From Deltaproteobacteria bacterium (lineage in GTDB: Bacteria > Myxococcota_A > UBA9160 > SMWR01), in the NCBI GenBank assembly GCA_032128115.1, contig JAQBHB010000053.1, positions 1 through 61,812 of the forward strand: a stretch of DNA of 61,812 bases, in the 5' to 3' direction. A program made the translations under genes and the position numbers. Below, piece after piece: positions 26,669-36,255 of this stretch (position 1 is its first letter; each line of letters starts with the position of its first letter). Below the pieces are notes generated by a model that ran no database searches, was not told the origin of the DNA, and worked only from the letters and a program-made list of their open reading frames with translations.

Positions 26669-28285
26669 CTACAAGTCGGTGATCGAGGGGTTGTAGTCGA
26701 AGCGCGTGCGCGCTCGGGTGGGCCCCAGTTCGAAGGTCAGGTATCCGCCGACCACGTGTTGGTCGTAGCGGTAGACGCGGGTATTGGAGTCGTCGTTCAC
26801 GTAGCGGTACCGGGCCGAGAGCACCAGTCGATCGGTGAGGTAGCGCTCCAGGGTGGCTCCCACCTGGTAGATGTTGTCGCGGCGATCCTGGCCGGGAAAG
26901 AACCCGGTATTGGGGTCCCGGAACGTGGACGGGTTCGCGTAGCTCGCCCGGGTGTAACTGGCGAAGCCGTCGAAGGCCATCTCGCACGGGAGCTCCTGGC
27001 GGGCGCCGATCCACGCCTGGTACGCCGTGTTCGTGTACTCCAGGTTCGAGTCATAGTGCCCGATCGAGACACCGCCGCGCAGGGCCGTGTCGTTGCTGAC
27101 CGAGAAACGGTGGTCGTATCCGCCCAGGTACCAGTTGCCGTCCTGGTCGCGGGCCGATGCGGTCACGCCCGGGGGCACCGGCGGCAGGTCTGTGCCGTCG
27201 ATCGCGAACTTGTAGTCGTTGCGCGCCCAGCGGAAGTAGGCGCGGCCGGAGCCCGCCTTCTCCGTGCGGTGGTGGAGGGAGAGCGTGGTGCCGATGGGAA
27301 GGAGATAGGGGTCGTAGCCCACCCAGGCGTAGCCCGAGTCCGCGGTCAGGCGCAGGAAGCTGCTCTCGCCCAGGGCCCGGTCGAGCCAGAGGTAGGCGCT
27401 CGGGAACTGCACGTCGAAGGCGCTGAGTTCGCCGTAGGCGCTTGCGAAGTAGCTGATGGCCGCGCCGCCGGCCCAGTCGTCGTTGCGGAACAGCTCGGTT
27501 CCCGTGTCCAGCGCCCACACGCCGGCCCAGTCGCTGGTGTTGCTGATGCCACCGGCGGGGACCACGCCGGTTCCCTGCAGGACCACGTTGGTGTTGTACT
27601 CGAACCCGCCGGACAGGCTGACCCACGAGGGTCGGTCTCCCACGCCGCTCTCCAGCGCGCGCTCGGCCTCGTCGGCCCAGCTGGTGCCCGGCGCTTCGGC
27701 GACCACCCGCTTGAGCGACTTCTCGGCGCGCCTTCGCTCCCGGGCTGCCTGCCAGGCGCGCCCGGCGAAGTAGCTGGCGACGGGGTCGAAGGAGGGGTCG
27801 AGCGTGGAGGCCCGCTCCAGCGACGCGGCGGCCTCGGTGGCCTGGGCGCGGTCGAGCAGCACGAGCCCGTGGTAGAGATGCGCCTGGGCGTTGTTCGGGA
27901 GCAGGCGAACGGCGTCTTCGAGTGCCGGGCCGGCGGTATCCAGATCGCCGGCGTGGAAGGCCGCCACACCGAGATAGAGAGCCGCTTCGCCGAGCTCCGG
28001 GTCGAGGCGCCGAGCGTCCGTCAATGGAACGATCGCCGCGACGTAGTCGCCCTGGCGGATCAGGCACTCGCCCTCGAGCAGTGCGGCGCGGGCGTCGGTC
28101 GGGTCCGCGCTGCGGGCGCGTCGCAGCACCGGCAGGGCCTCTTCGCAGCGGCCGTCCGCGGCCAGCTGTTCGGCCCGCAGCCGCAGGACCCGGCCTTCGT
28201 CGGCGGCGAGCGCGGGGCTCGCCACCAGAAGGAGTGCGAGCACGACGATCCCTCGGGTTCGCTGGATGCATGCGATGGGAGTCAA
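26669..28285 (-). CDS. TPR-repeat protein with C-terminal outer-membrane beta-barrel (Slam/DUF560-like)
   Basis: Signal peptide, about 5 TPR units, then alternating aromatic beta-strands starting GGFEYNTNV; TTG start overlaps the upstream stop (TTGA). Confidence 0.75.
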   Translation of the reverse strand: MTPIACIQRTRGIVVLALLLVASPALAADEGRVLRLRAEQLAADGRCEEALPVLRRARSADPTDARAALLEGECLIRQGDYVAAIVPLTDARRLDPELGEAALYLGVAAFHAGDLDTAGPALEDAVRLLPNNAQAHLYHGLVLLDRAQATEAAASLERASTLDPSFDPVASYFAGRAWQAARERRRAEKSLKRVVAEAPGTSWADEAERALESGVGDRPSWVSLSGGFEYNTNVVLQGTGVVPAGGISNTSDWAGVWALDTGTELFRNDDWAGGAAISYFASAYGELSAFDVQFPSAYLWLDRALGESSFLRLTADSGYAWVGYDPYLLPIGTTLSLHHRTEKAGSGRAYFRWARNDYKFAIDGTDLPPVPPGVTASARDQDGNWYLGGYDHRFSVSNDTALRGGVSIGHYDSNLEYTNTAYQAWIGARQELPCEMAFDGFASYTRASYANPSTFRDPNTGFFPGQDRRDNIYQVGATLERYLTDRLVLSARYRYVNDDSNTRVYRYDQHVVGGYLTFELGPTRARTRFDYNPSITDL

Positions 28286-29043
28286 GAGGTTTGTCGCTCC
28301 AGGCGGCGCCCGAAGGCTGCGAGTCCGAGCAAGCCGCTGGCCAGCAGGATGGCAGCGCCCGGTTCGGGAACCGGGGTGAAAGCACTCCCCATCTGGATCG
28401 CCGGCGGCACGAAGCCGCGGAAGACGTTGCCCGTGGTCACGACCTCGACCAGCGGACCGCTGACGTTGAGCGGCACGTCGAACTCGGGCGAGACGCCGTT
28501 CTGTGCCAGCGAACCAAACGCCACGGCCGGGTAGAAGAAGTTTCCGAACTGCACGATCGCCCACGGGTCCACGGTCGGGTCGATCCGAAGCCCGATGTTC
28601 GTTCCTCGATAGTCCACGGACTCGCCCATGAAGATGAAGTTGTCGATGATCTGGGTGATCAAGAGCCAGTTCTGGCCCAGAAGGTCACCCCCCGACACAT
28701 TCTGCATCTTGAAGTGCGGCGTCGCCACGTTGGGCCCGGTGCCGGGCGGGAAGGGCTCCACGTCGTCGTTGTCGTTGAAGTCGACCGAGAAGATCGAAAG
28801 ATCCACGTCCAGCTGGGCGAGACTGCCGGGCGTCACGATGTCGAGGCCCAGATTGTTCATGTCCGCCAGGAACAGGGCGTCGGCCTGGCTGATGCCGAAG
28901 CCCCCGGCGCCGTCGTATTCGACGGTGCACGCGGTGGCGTTGCAGCTGGGAATCGCGCGGGCCGCCGGAGCATTGAGCGCGATGCCCAGGACGAGGGCGA
29001 TCGCGGCTGCGAGAGCAAGGGCGCGACAGGATTCGCGGCGCAT
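28282..29043 (-). CDS. PEP-CTERM sorting-domain protein
   Basis: Signal peptide; C-terminal VPEPGAAILLASGLLGLAAFGRR. Confidence 0.9.
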   Translation of the reverse strand: MRRESCRALALAAAIALVLGIALNAPAARAIPSCNATACTVEYDGAGGFGISQADALFLADMNNLGLDIVTPGSLAQLDVDLSIFSVDFNDNDDVEPFPPGTGPNVATPHFKMQNVSGGDLLGQNWLLITQIIDNFIFMGESVDYRGTNIGLRIDPTVDPWAIVQFGNFFYPAVAFGSLAQNGVSPEFDVPLNVSGPLVEVVTTGNVFRGFVPPAIQMGSAFTPVPEPGAAILLASGLLGLAAFGRRLERQTS

Positions 29044-29264
29044 CGTACGGGCCTCCTTGGGTTCCGCCCCACCTGGGCGGGCGCGTCGTCATCTGGGCCG
29101 AATCGCGCGTCGGAGGTATGTGGCTTCCAGATCGGGAAAGTGTTTGGATTTGAAGAACTTTTCCGGAATCCTGGGAGACGGGCCGCGTTAGCCGAGCGAG
29201 CTGCGCACTGCCGACCTGGGCTTGAAGTGGAATCTTCCAGTGAGGCTGGAAATGCCCTCAGGAG

Positions 29265-29945
29265 CTAGCGAACGACGATGCGCGCCGGGCGCAGGAAGGC
29301 CTGCTGGGACTCGCCGTTTTCCCGAGGCCGGGAGGTACCCAGGGCTCCCTGGTCGCCGAGCCATGCGATCAGGTTGTCCAGGTCCGCGTCCTGGGTGCGC
29401 ACGCAGCCGAGCGAGACGGGCTTGCCCAGCAGCAACGGATGCGCGCCGCCGTGCAGCGCGATGCCGCCGGCGGCGAAGGGAATCTTGGCGATGCCCATGG
29501 GACCGGCCTCGGAGGCCGGAACGGGCTCGGCGCCCCGGGCCCGGGCGGCGCTGCCCGGTTGCCACTCGGGGCTGTGGACGACCTGGTAGAGGCGGAAGTT
29601 TCCGGCGGGCGTCGGATGCGCCGGCGATCCCAGCACCACCTTCAGGGCGGGGCCGGTGTCGTCGTCGCTCAGGTCGCGGGCGGTGAGCTGGTAGGTCCTC
29701 CGGTTCAGCTCCAGCAGGATGCCGGGATCCCGGGGCGTCTGCGTGGCGTCGCTCGAGGCCATGGCAATCGGGATCGCAGCCATGGGAACCGGGGTCGCAT
29801 CCAGCAGGCGCGGGTCCGGCGAAAGGGGAGTCTGGCGCGCCACCCCCAGCTGCGGATCGAGCGCACCCAGATCCAGCTCGCCGCGCATGAGCAGCAGCGA
29901 AACCAGAAGCAGAAGCAGCAAACCCCGCGTCATCTCACGATTCAT
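29265..29945 (-). CDS. L,D-transpeptidase (YkuD family)
   Basis: PTPAGNF, GPMG, IALHGG...SLGCVR catalytic motif. Confidence 0.88.
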   Translation of the reverse strand: MNREMTRGLLLLLLVSLLLMRGELDLGALDPQLGVARQTPLSPDPRLLDATPVPMAAIPIAMASSDATQTPRDPGILLELNRRTYQLTARDLSDDDTGPALKVVLGSPAHPTPAGNFRLYQVVHSPEWQPGSAARARGAEPVPASEAGPMGIAKIPFAAGGIALHGGAHPLLLGKPVSLGCVRTQDADLDNLIAWLGDQGALGTSRPRENGESQQAFLRPARIVVR

Positions 29946-30087
29946 CTCACAGGGTGTGTAGCCATAACCCCGCGGAATGTCTCGCCGCCGCGGTGTTTTT
30001 CGTCCCGGCGCGACGTGCAGCGATGGCCGCTTTCAATTGCCCGCCGAGCGCCTTGGATCGCTTCGATGCGCACGCCGGATTCCCGGT

Positions 30088-31443
30088 TCAGGGTACGCCG
30101 GCGGCGCGTCGCACCGTGTCGAGAAGCAGCTGCGTGCCCAGGCGCAGGTTGCGGGTCGAGATGCGTTCGTCGTGTCCGTGGACGCCGCCCACCTCTTCCG
30201 TCGTGAGCAGCACCGGGGTGAAGCCCACGGCGGGCACGCCGTGGCGCCGGTAGATGCGACTGTCGGTGAAGCCGGGGGAGATCATCGGCATCACCACGCC
30301 GCCGTTGGTTTCGAAGCGGATGGTGTCCTCCACCTGTTCCACCAGCTCGGACCGGATGTCGGAAACCAGCGGTTCGAAGCGGTAGATCACCTCCACGTCG
30401 ACGCTTTCGTCATCGATGATGCCGCGCAGGTGATCCAGGAAGGCGTCCACGTTCTCGCCCGGAAGCAGTCGGCAGTCCAGCGTGGCCGTCGTGCGCGCGG
30501 GGATCACGTTGTGCTTGCTGCCCCCGCCGAGCGACGTGAGGCTCACGGTGTTGGCCACCAGGGCGCGCACCAGGTCGTTTGCGCTGGCGAGCCCCTGCAG
30601 CACCTGGGGGTCCTTGAAGTCCAGATTCGCCGGAAGCACGCCCAGGTCGGTCAGGGTCCGGAACGTGACCTCGGTTTCCGGGCGCAGCTGGGTCGAGGGC
30701 TCGGCCGCCTGGATGCGGGCCAGGGCCTCGATCAGGTGGACGGCGGCGTTCTGGCGATGGGGCAGGGATCCGTGGCCGGGTCGGCCGCGGGCCACCAGTC
30801 GCAGCCACAGCGGCGCCTTCTCCGTGGGGGCGACTCCGAACACGAGCCCCCGCTTTCCCAGCAGCTCGCCGAAGCCGAAGGCGCCCTCGTTGATGACGCC
30901 ATCCGCCTTCAAAAGCTCCGGGTGGTGCTCCGCCAGCCACTCCATCCCGAAGGCGCTGGCTTCCTCCTCGTCGGCCACCGCCAGCAGCAGGATGTCGCGT
31001 TGGTGGGAGACCCGGTGGCGCGCCAGCAGCGCGAAGACCAGCAGCTCCATGATGGCCATGCCCTTCATGTCCAGGGCTCCACGCCCCCAGAGCACGCCGT
31101 CCTCGAGAAGTCCCGCGTAGGGGTCGCGACTCCAGTAATCCCGCTCCACCGGCACCACATCGATGTGCGACAGAAGCACCAGCGGCTGGGTGCCTGCGCT
31201 GTGGATGCCGGGCCGCCGGGCCGACAGAGACACCCGCCCCTCGGCGGATTCGTAGAATGTGGGCTCGAAGCCATCGCGGCGCAGCGCCTTTGCGAGGAAC
31301 TGGGCGCCGGCCTCTTCGCCGCCGGGCGGATTCGTGGTGTCGATGCGGAGGTACGCCTGAAGGAGCTCGGTGGCTTCGCGCTCGATCTCGTCCCAGTCGA
31401 CGGGGAGCGGCGGAAGCTTTCCAACCGACTCGAACGACGCCAC
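30088..31443 (-). CDS. M20/M25/M40 family metallo-hydrolase
   Basis: TTNPPGGE, SHIDVVP, GRGALDMKG, DEE, HGHDERI. Confidence 0.93.
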   Translation of the reverse strand: MASFESVGKLPPLPVDWDEIEREATELLQAYLRIDTTNPPGGEEAGAQFLAKALRRDGFEPTFYESAEGRVSLSARRPGIHSAGTQPLVLLSHIDVVPVERDYWSRDPYAGLLEDGVLWGRGALDMKGMAIMELLVFALLARHRVSHQRDILLLAVADEEEASAFGMEWLAEHHPELLKADGVINEGAFGFGELLGKRGLVFGVAPTEKAPLWLRLVARGRPGHGSLPHRQNAAVHLIEALARIQAAEPSTQLRPETEVTFRTLTDLGVLPANLDFKDPQVLQGLASANDLVRALVANTVSLTSLGGGSKHNVIPARTTATLDCRLLPGENVDAFLDHLRGIIDDESVDVEVIYRFEPLVSDIRSELVEQVEDTIRFETNGGVVMPMISPGFTDSRIYRRHGVPAVGFTPVLLTTEEVGGVHGHDERISTRNLRLGTQLLLDTVRRAAGVP

Positions 31444-31486
31444 GCGTGCACCGTAACAACGCGCGCCGGGGTCCTCAAGTTCGCGG

Positions 31487-32797
31487 CTAGGAGGCTTCCC
31501 GCTCCAGGATCTCGGAGACGACCACGGCCCCGTTTTCGCGCTCGTCTCCGCGATTGGCCAGGATCGGCAGGAAGTCGACCAGATGTTCGAGGCACGCCCG
31601 GGCCTCGTCCGTGAGATCCTCGAATCGCAGCAGCAGACCCCTGTCGCCGTCGTCCCGATCGACCCGGGCCCGGACCACCAGCGGCGCCTGCTGGGCCCGC
31701 ACGTGGATCGCGACGTCGAACCGCTCGCCCACGGCCAGGGTGGAGTTGGCGTCGATCCGCATCCCCCCCACCGAGATGTCGCGACCCAGCAGGACCCGGG
31801 TGGCGTGCCTGCTCATGGCCACGACCGGGCGCGAGATCGTGCGGCGCACATCGACCCGCCGGTTGCATTCGATCACCGCGAGCCCTTCGGGCTCTTCGTC
31901 CACCTCTTCGTCCGCTTCTTCGGCGCTCGGTTCAGCCAACGGCTCGTGGAGTGTCTCGGCCGGGGGGGCGGCCGCATCGGGCACGAGCGCCCCGGCCGGG
32001 GCCGGGGCCGTGGCTGCAGATACCTTCAGCGCCGGCAGATCGGCCGTGGCTGCGGATACCTTCAGCGCCGGCAGATCGGCCCCGGCAGCGGGCTGGTTCA
32101 GCCATTCCTGCCTCACCATGGCCGGGCCCGCCACGTGGGCCAGCACCGCGGCGTGGAGTTTCGTCGCGGTGTCTCCCTCCACTCGATCGAAGGCAACGGC
32201 CAGCGAGGTCCGCTGCTTACCGCCCACCTGCGTCGTGCCCGTACGAACCACGTCTCCGCTCAGCGCCAGGGCCTTGCCGACCAGGCTGTCGGGAATGTGC
32301 AGAGTGATCCCTGTGCCGATCCGAACATTCTCTTCGGTGATCAGACGGCAGCCGCTCATGGACAGGTCGGACAGGATCGCGTCGCGTCGGCGCAGACGCC
32401 CGGTGCGGTATCGCACCGGGAAGCCCACGGCCACGCGATCCGCTCGCCGCTTCTCCGGGCCGCTGTAGAGCGTGTAGATCAACAGGAGGCGCAGGGCCTC
32501 CGGGTGCACCGGGCGCCGGACGATCAGGTCGATGCCGGCTCGGATCAGCATCGCTCGCAGCGTCTTCGAGTCGGCCGTCAGGATCGCGACCCGGGCCCCC
32601 CGGGCGCCCACGGGAAACTCCAGCATCCGCATGGGCGTTGCGATCACCAGGTCCCAGACCGCAGCCGCATCGCCGGGGGTGGGCAGGCCCTTGCGCTCGC
32701 CGACGGAGATGCCGAGCTCCATCAGCAGGGCGCCGATGTCGGACAACTCGCCGTCGTGGACGAGGAGAGCCGCCGGGATGCGGGATTTGAATGCCAC
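31487..32797 (-). CDS. tandem PilZ domain protein (c-di-GMP receptor)
   Basis: Two RxxxR...DxSxxG pairs (RRADR/DLSMSG and RVDVR/DISVGG); start placed at GTG 32797. Confidence 0.85.
   Translation of the reverse strand: MAFKSRIPAALLVHDGELSDIGALLMELGISVGERKGLPTPGDAAAVWDLVIATPMRMLEFPVGARGARVAILTADSKTLRAMLIRAGIDLIVRRPVHPEALRLLLIYTLYSGPEKRRADRVAVGFPVRYRTGRLRRRDAILSDLSMSGCRLITEENVRIGTGITLHIPDSLVGKALALSGDVVRTGTTQVGGKQRTSLAVAFDRVEGDTATKLHAAVLAHVAGPAMVRQEWLNQPAAGADLPALKVSAATADLPALKVSAATAPAPAGALVPDAAAPPAETLHEPLAEPSAEEADEEVDEEPEGLAVIECNRRVDVRRTISRPVVAMSRHATRVLLGRDISVGGMRIDANSTLAVGERFDVAIHVRAQQAPLVVRARVDRDDGDRGLLLRFEDLTDEARACLEHLVDFLPILANRGDERENGAVVVSEILEREAS
32006..32077. repeat. 36-bp in-frame tandem duplication in the PilZ linker (ADLPALKVSAAT x2)
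   Basis: Two units with one mismatch. Confidence 0.9.
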
Positions 32798-32973
32798 TGG
32801 ATCGATTCCGCGACGATGGGTGCGAAATTGCTGATCGGCCGGGACCGCCCGGGTCTGTAGTATTCTGGCCTCTCTGGGCGCCGCAGCCGCAACGATCAAG
32901 CCCCGGAATTCGCTGTCGTTTTCCGGGTTTGTCCCAGGCGCGGCGAAGGCCTCGACGCAAGCGGAGGATCCCC

Positions 32974-33693
32974 ATGGGCGGCAGAGCACTGGTCATCGGC
33001 GTGGGCGCCCCTGCCGGCCTGGGAGCGGCCCTGTGCCGTCGCTTCGCTGGCGAGGGAATGCACGTGATCCTGGCGGGACGGACGCAGGCGCGGCTGGACG
33101 TCGTCGCCGAGGAGATCCGCGCCGGTGGCGGCCAGGCCACGCCCGCGGCCGGCGACACCACGCTGGCGGCCGACGTGACCCGGATCTTCGACGCCGTGGG
33201 CGAGCCGCCCGAGCTCGTGGTGTACAACGCGGGAAACAACCGCTTCCGGCCGCTGCTCGAGATGGACGACGATTTCTTTGCGGACGTGTGGCGCCTGTGC
33301 TGTTTCGGCGGCTTCCTGGTCGGGCGCGAGGCGGCGGCGCGCATGCTGCCCCGCGGTGGCGGAACCCTGATCTTCACCGGCGCCACGGCTTCGATCCGTG
33401 CGCGGCCTCCGTTCACCGCGTTTGCCTCGGCCAAGGCCGCGCTGCGCGCCCTGGCCCACGGCATGGCGCGGGAGTTCGGGCCAAAGGGGCTTCATGTGGG
33501 CCACGTGATCATCGACGGCATGATCGATGGCGACCAACTGAACCAGCGTTTTCCCGATCTGAAGGCGCAGCGGGGGGAGGACGGCATGCTTCGCATCGAT
33601 GCCATTGCCGACGCCTACTGGGCGCTGCATACCCAGCAGCGGAGTGCCTGGACGCTGGAGCTGGACGTGCGCCCGTTCGTGGAGCCCTTCTAG
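32974..33693 (+). CDS. SDR family oxidoreductase
   Basis: VIGVGAPAGLG, VYNAG, FTGATAS, FASAK; ATG 32974 with GGAGG RBS. Confidence 0.92.
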   Translation: MGGRALVIGVGAPAGLGAALCRRFAGEGMHVILAGRTQARLDVVAEEIRAGGGQATPAAGDTTLAADVTRIFDAVGEPPELVVYNAGNNRFRPLLEMDDDFFADVWRLCCFGGFLVGREAAARMLPRGGGTLIFTGATASIRARPPFTAFASAKAALRALAHGMAREFGPKGLHVGHVIIDGMIDGDQLNQRFPDLKAQRGEDGMLRIDAIADAYWALHTQQRSAWTLELDVRPFVEPF

Positions 33694-33697
33694 CTCG

Positions 33698-34495
33698 TCA
33701 CCCCTCCGACCCGAACGACACGTACCAGGCGTAGCGCGTGACCTCGCGGTACCCCATGCGTCGATAGATCGGTTCGCCCTGGGCACTTGCCTGCAGCACC
33801 ACCAGGCGCGCACCGCGATCGAAGGCCGCGTTGCCGACGGCACGGGTGCAGGCCTCGGCGAGTCCGCGGCCGCGCGCCGACGCAAGCGTGCCCACCCAGT
33901 AGATCCCCGCGATGCCGTGGCTCAGGATCGCCATGGCCGCGGCTCGGGCCTCGCCCTCCACGGAGGCCACCACCGAGATCACGTGGGGGGCCAGGATGCG
34001 CGCAGCGTGCTCGAAGAGGTGGGCGCACACGGCTTCGGGCAGACCCAGGGTTGCGTAGGCCCGGGCCGACACCATGGCGAAGTCGCTGGCGGACTTCTCA
34101 TCCTCGACCCAGCGCAGGGTCGCCCCCGGCGGATCGGGTGCCGTGGAAAGCGGCTTGTCGAGCACCATCCCAGGGGACTCGGACAGGCGTTGCAGACCGG
34201 CGGCCGCCGCCGCCTGCTGGAGATCCCGATCCGCGTGATCGCCGGTCCAGAGGGTGTAGCCTCGCTTGCGCGCCGCGAAGAATTTCGCGGCGATGTCGAT
34301 CGCGTCCGTGGCCGCGGTGCACGCGTCGAGCCGCAGCGCGGCATTTCCCATGCCGACGGGGAACGCGTCGGGTCCGGCTGCCAGCAGCACGCCCCCGGTT
34401 TCCATCAGCTCGCTCGCGGGATGCCAACGCGCCATCTCGCGCGTGGCTTCCGCCAGGTTGAGATCGCATAGATCCAGGATCTCGGCTTCCGTCAT
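33698..34495 (-). CDS. GNAT family N-acetyltransferase
   Basis: AGIYWVGTLASARGRGLA...LQASAQGEPIYRRMGY; ATG 34495. Confidence 0.88.
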   Translation of the reverse strand: MTEAEILDLCDLNLAEATREMARWHPASELMETGGVLLAAGPDAFPVGMGNAALRLDACTAATDAIDIAAKFFAARKRGYTLWTGDHADRDLQQAAAAAGLQRLSESPGMVLDKPLSTAPDPPGATLRWVEDEKSASDFAMVSARAYATLGLPEAVCAHLFEHAARILAPHVISVVASVEGEARAAAMAILSHGIAGIYWVGTLASARGRGLAEACTRAVGNAAFDRGARLVVLQASAQGEPIYRRMGYREVTRYAWYVSFGSEG

Positions 34496-34530
34496 GGAAA
34501 CACGGTACTGCAACCGGGGATCGTGTGGGG

Positions 34531-34564
34531 CCGGTCGACGCTCCGGTCGACGTTCCGGTTGACG
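34531..34564. repeat. 12-bp degenerate tandem repeat (CCGGTCGACG core) x3 in a divergent promoter region
   Basis: CCGGTCGACGCT, CCGGTCGACGTT, CCGGTTGACG. Confidence 0.8.
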
Positions 34565-34622
34565 AACTTGAAGCCCCAGGGGAGCATGCCCGCGCGAACC
34601 ACCCGGAATCGGAGGATCGACC

Positions 34623-35390
34623 ATGACCAGCGTGCGCTTCGAGACCCGGGGGGCGGTTGCCATCGTCACCCTGAACCGCCCCCAGGTGCGGAATGCGGTG
34701 GACGCCGCCACCGCCGAAGCCCTGGCCGATGTCTTCCGCCGTTTCGACGCGGACGACGAGCTGGCGGTGGCCGTTCTCACCGGCGCCGAGGGCACCTTCT
34801 GTGCGGGAGCCGACCTGAAGGCCACGGCCGAGCAACGCGGCAACCCGGTGAAACTCGAGGGCGACGGGCCCATGGGGCCGTCGCGCATGCTGCTCTCCAA
34901 GCCCGTGGTCGCCGCCGTGGAGGGCTTCGCCGTGGCCGGCGGTCTCGAGCTGGCCATGTGGTGCGATCTGCGCGTGGCCGCGCGGGATGCCGTCTTCGGT
35001 GTGTACTGCCGTCGTTGGGGGGTGCCGCTCATCGACGGCGGCAGCGTGCGCCTCTCGCGCATGCTCGGACACAGCCACGCACTCGATCTGATCCTGAGCG
35101 GCCGCGGTGTTTCGGGGGAGGAGGCGCGCATGATGGGCCTGGCCAATCGCCTGGTGGATCCCGGAGAGGCGCTTTGCGAGGCGATCCGCCTGGCCGAGCA
35201 GCTGGCGGCATTCCCGCAGCTCTGCCTGCGCAACGATCGCCTGTCCTCGTACCGCCAATGGGATCTGTCCTACGTGGAGGCCCTCCGTGAAGAAACGCGC
35301 CTGGGACTCCAGGTGATCCGGTCGGGCGAGACCGCCGCGGGGGCGCGCCGCTTTGCGGACGGCGCCGGCCGACACGGCGCGTACGAATGA
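34623..35390 (+). CDS. enoyl-CoA hydratase/crotonase family protein
   Basis: LNRPQVRNA, FCAGADL, AVAGGLELA. Confidence 0.95.
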   Translation: MTSVRFETRGAVAIVTLNRPQVRNAVDAATAEALADVFRRFDADDELAVAVLTGAEGTFCAGADLKATAEQRGNPVKLEGDGPMGPSRMLLSKPVVAAVEGFAVAGGLELAMWCDLRVAARDAVFGVYCRRWGVPLIDGGSVRLSRMLGHSHALDLILSGRGVSGEEARMMGLANRLVDPGEALCEAIRLAEQLAAFPQLCLRNDRLSSYRQWDLSYVEALREETRLGLQVIRSGETAAGARRFADGAGRHGAYE

Positions 35391-35405
35391 TGGGAGGTCC
35401 GCGGC

Positions 35406-36218
35406 TCAGCGCGTGAGATCGGGCAGGGACGCGAGCTTCACCCGGGCCACCCCGCGCCCCACCCAGCGCGGGAACAACGAGTGCAACACGGGGACCCACC
35501 CGAAGCGGCGCGGGATCACCACGTCGGTCTCGCCGCGGGCGAGGGCGCGGAGGCTGCGCTCGGCAAAGTCCGCGGGCTCGATGAAGCTGCGCAAGGAGGC
35601 CCGGGGCATGCGGGCCAGGATTTCGGGCGAGAACATCTCGGTTCTCACCAGCACCGGGTGGACACACAGCACGTGGATCCCCAGCGGCGCGAACTCGTGG
35701 GCCAGGGCCTCGGACAGGCCGGTCAACGCGAACTTCGAGGCCGAGTAGGCGGCCTCGTCCGGCTGGCCAAGTTTTCCCGCGAACGACGACACGTTCACGA
35801 TCCAGCCCTCGCCCCGGGCGCGCATGGGCGCCAGCACCCGCTCGATCCAGTAGACGCACCCCAGTAGATTGGTCTGGAGCATGCGTTCCATGTCGGAGAC
35901 GTCGTGATCCTTGAACAGGATGTGGCGGGCGAAGCCGGCGGCGTTCACCAACAGGTCGATGCGGTCCCAGTGGGCAAGTACGTCGCTCGCAGCGTCGTGC
36001 ACTGAATCGCGGCTCGAGACGTCGGCCACCACGACCCGGGCCACGCCGCCGTCGCGCTCGATCTCCTTGGCCAGGGCTTCCAGGCGATCGCGCCGGCGCG
36101 CCACCAGCGCCACGCGGGCACCGCGCCGCGCCAGCGCCACCGCCAGGGCGGCGCCGATGCCGCTCGAAGCGCCGGTGACCACTGCCACCCGGCCGGCAAC
36201 GTCGCGAAGTCCCGCCAT
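35406..36218 (-). CDS. SDR family oxidoreductase
   Basis: VTGASSGIG, NAAG, NVSS, YSASK; ATG 36218. Confidence 0.92.
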   Translation of the reverse strand: MAGLRDVAGRVAVVTGASSGIGAALAVALARRGARVALVARRRDRLEALAKEIERDGGVARVVVADVSSRDSVHDAASDVLAHWDRIDLLVNAAGFARHILFKDHDVSDMERMLQTNLLGCVYWIERVLAPMRARGEGWIVNVSSFAGKLGQPDEAAYSASKFALTGLSEALAHEFAPLGIHVLCVHPVLVRTEMFSPEILARMPRASLRSFIEPADFAERSLRALARGETDVVIPRRFGWVPVLHSLFPRWVGRGVARVKLASLPDLTR

Positions 36219-36255
36219 GACGGGGTCCAGCCTATCAGGATTGGCGGGTCCGGGG

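Noticed and set aside
32832..32859. Sigma-28-like promoter (TACA-N16-GCCGATCA) upstream of the PilZ gene
   Set aside because: The -35 match is weak and the spacing is off by one; GCCGAT is common in GC-rich DNA.
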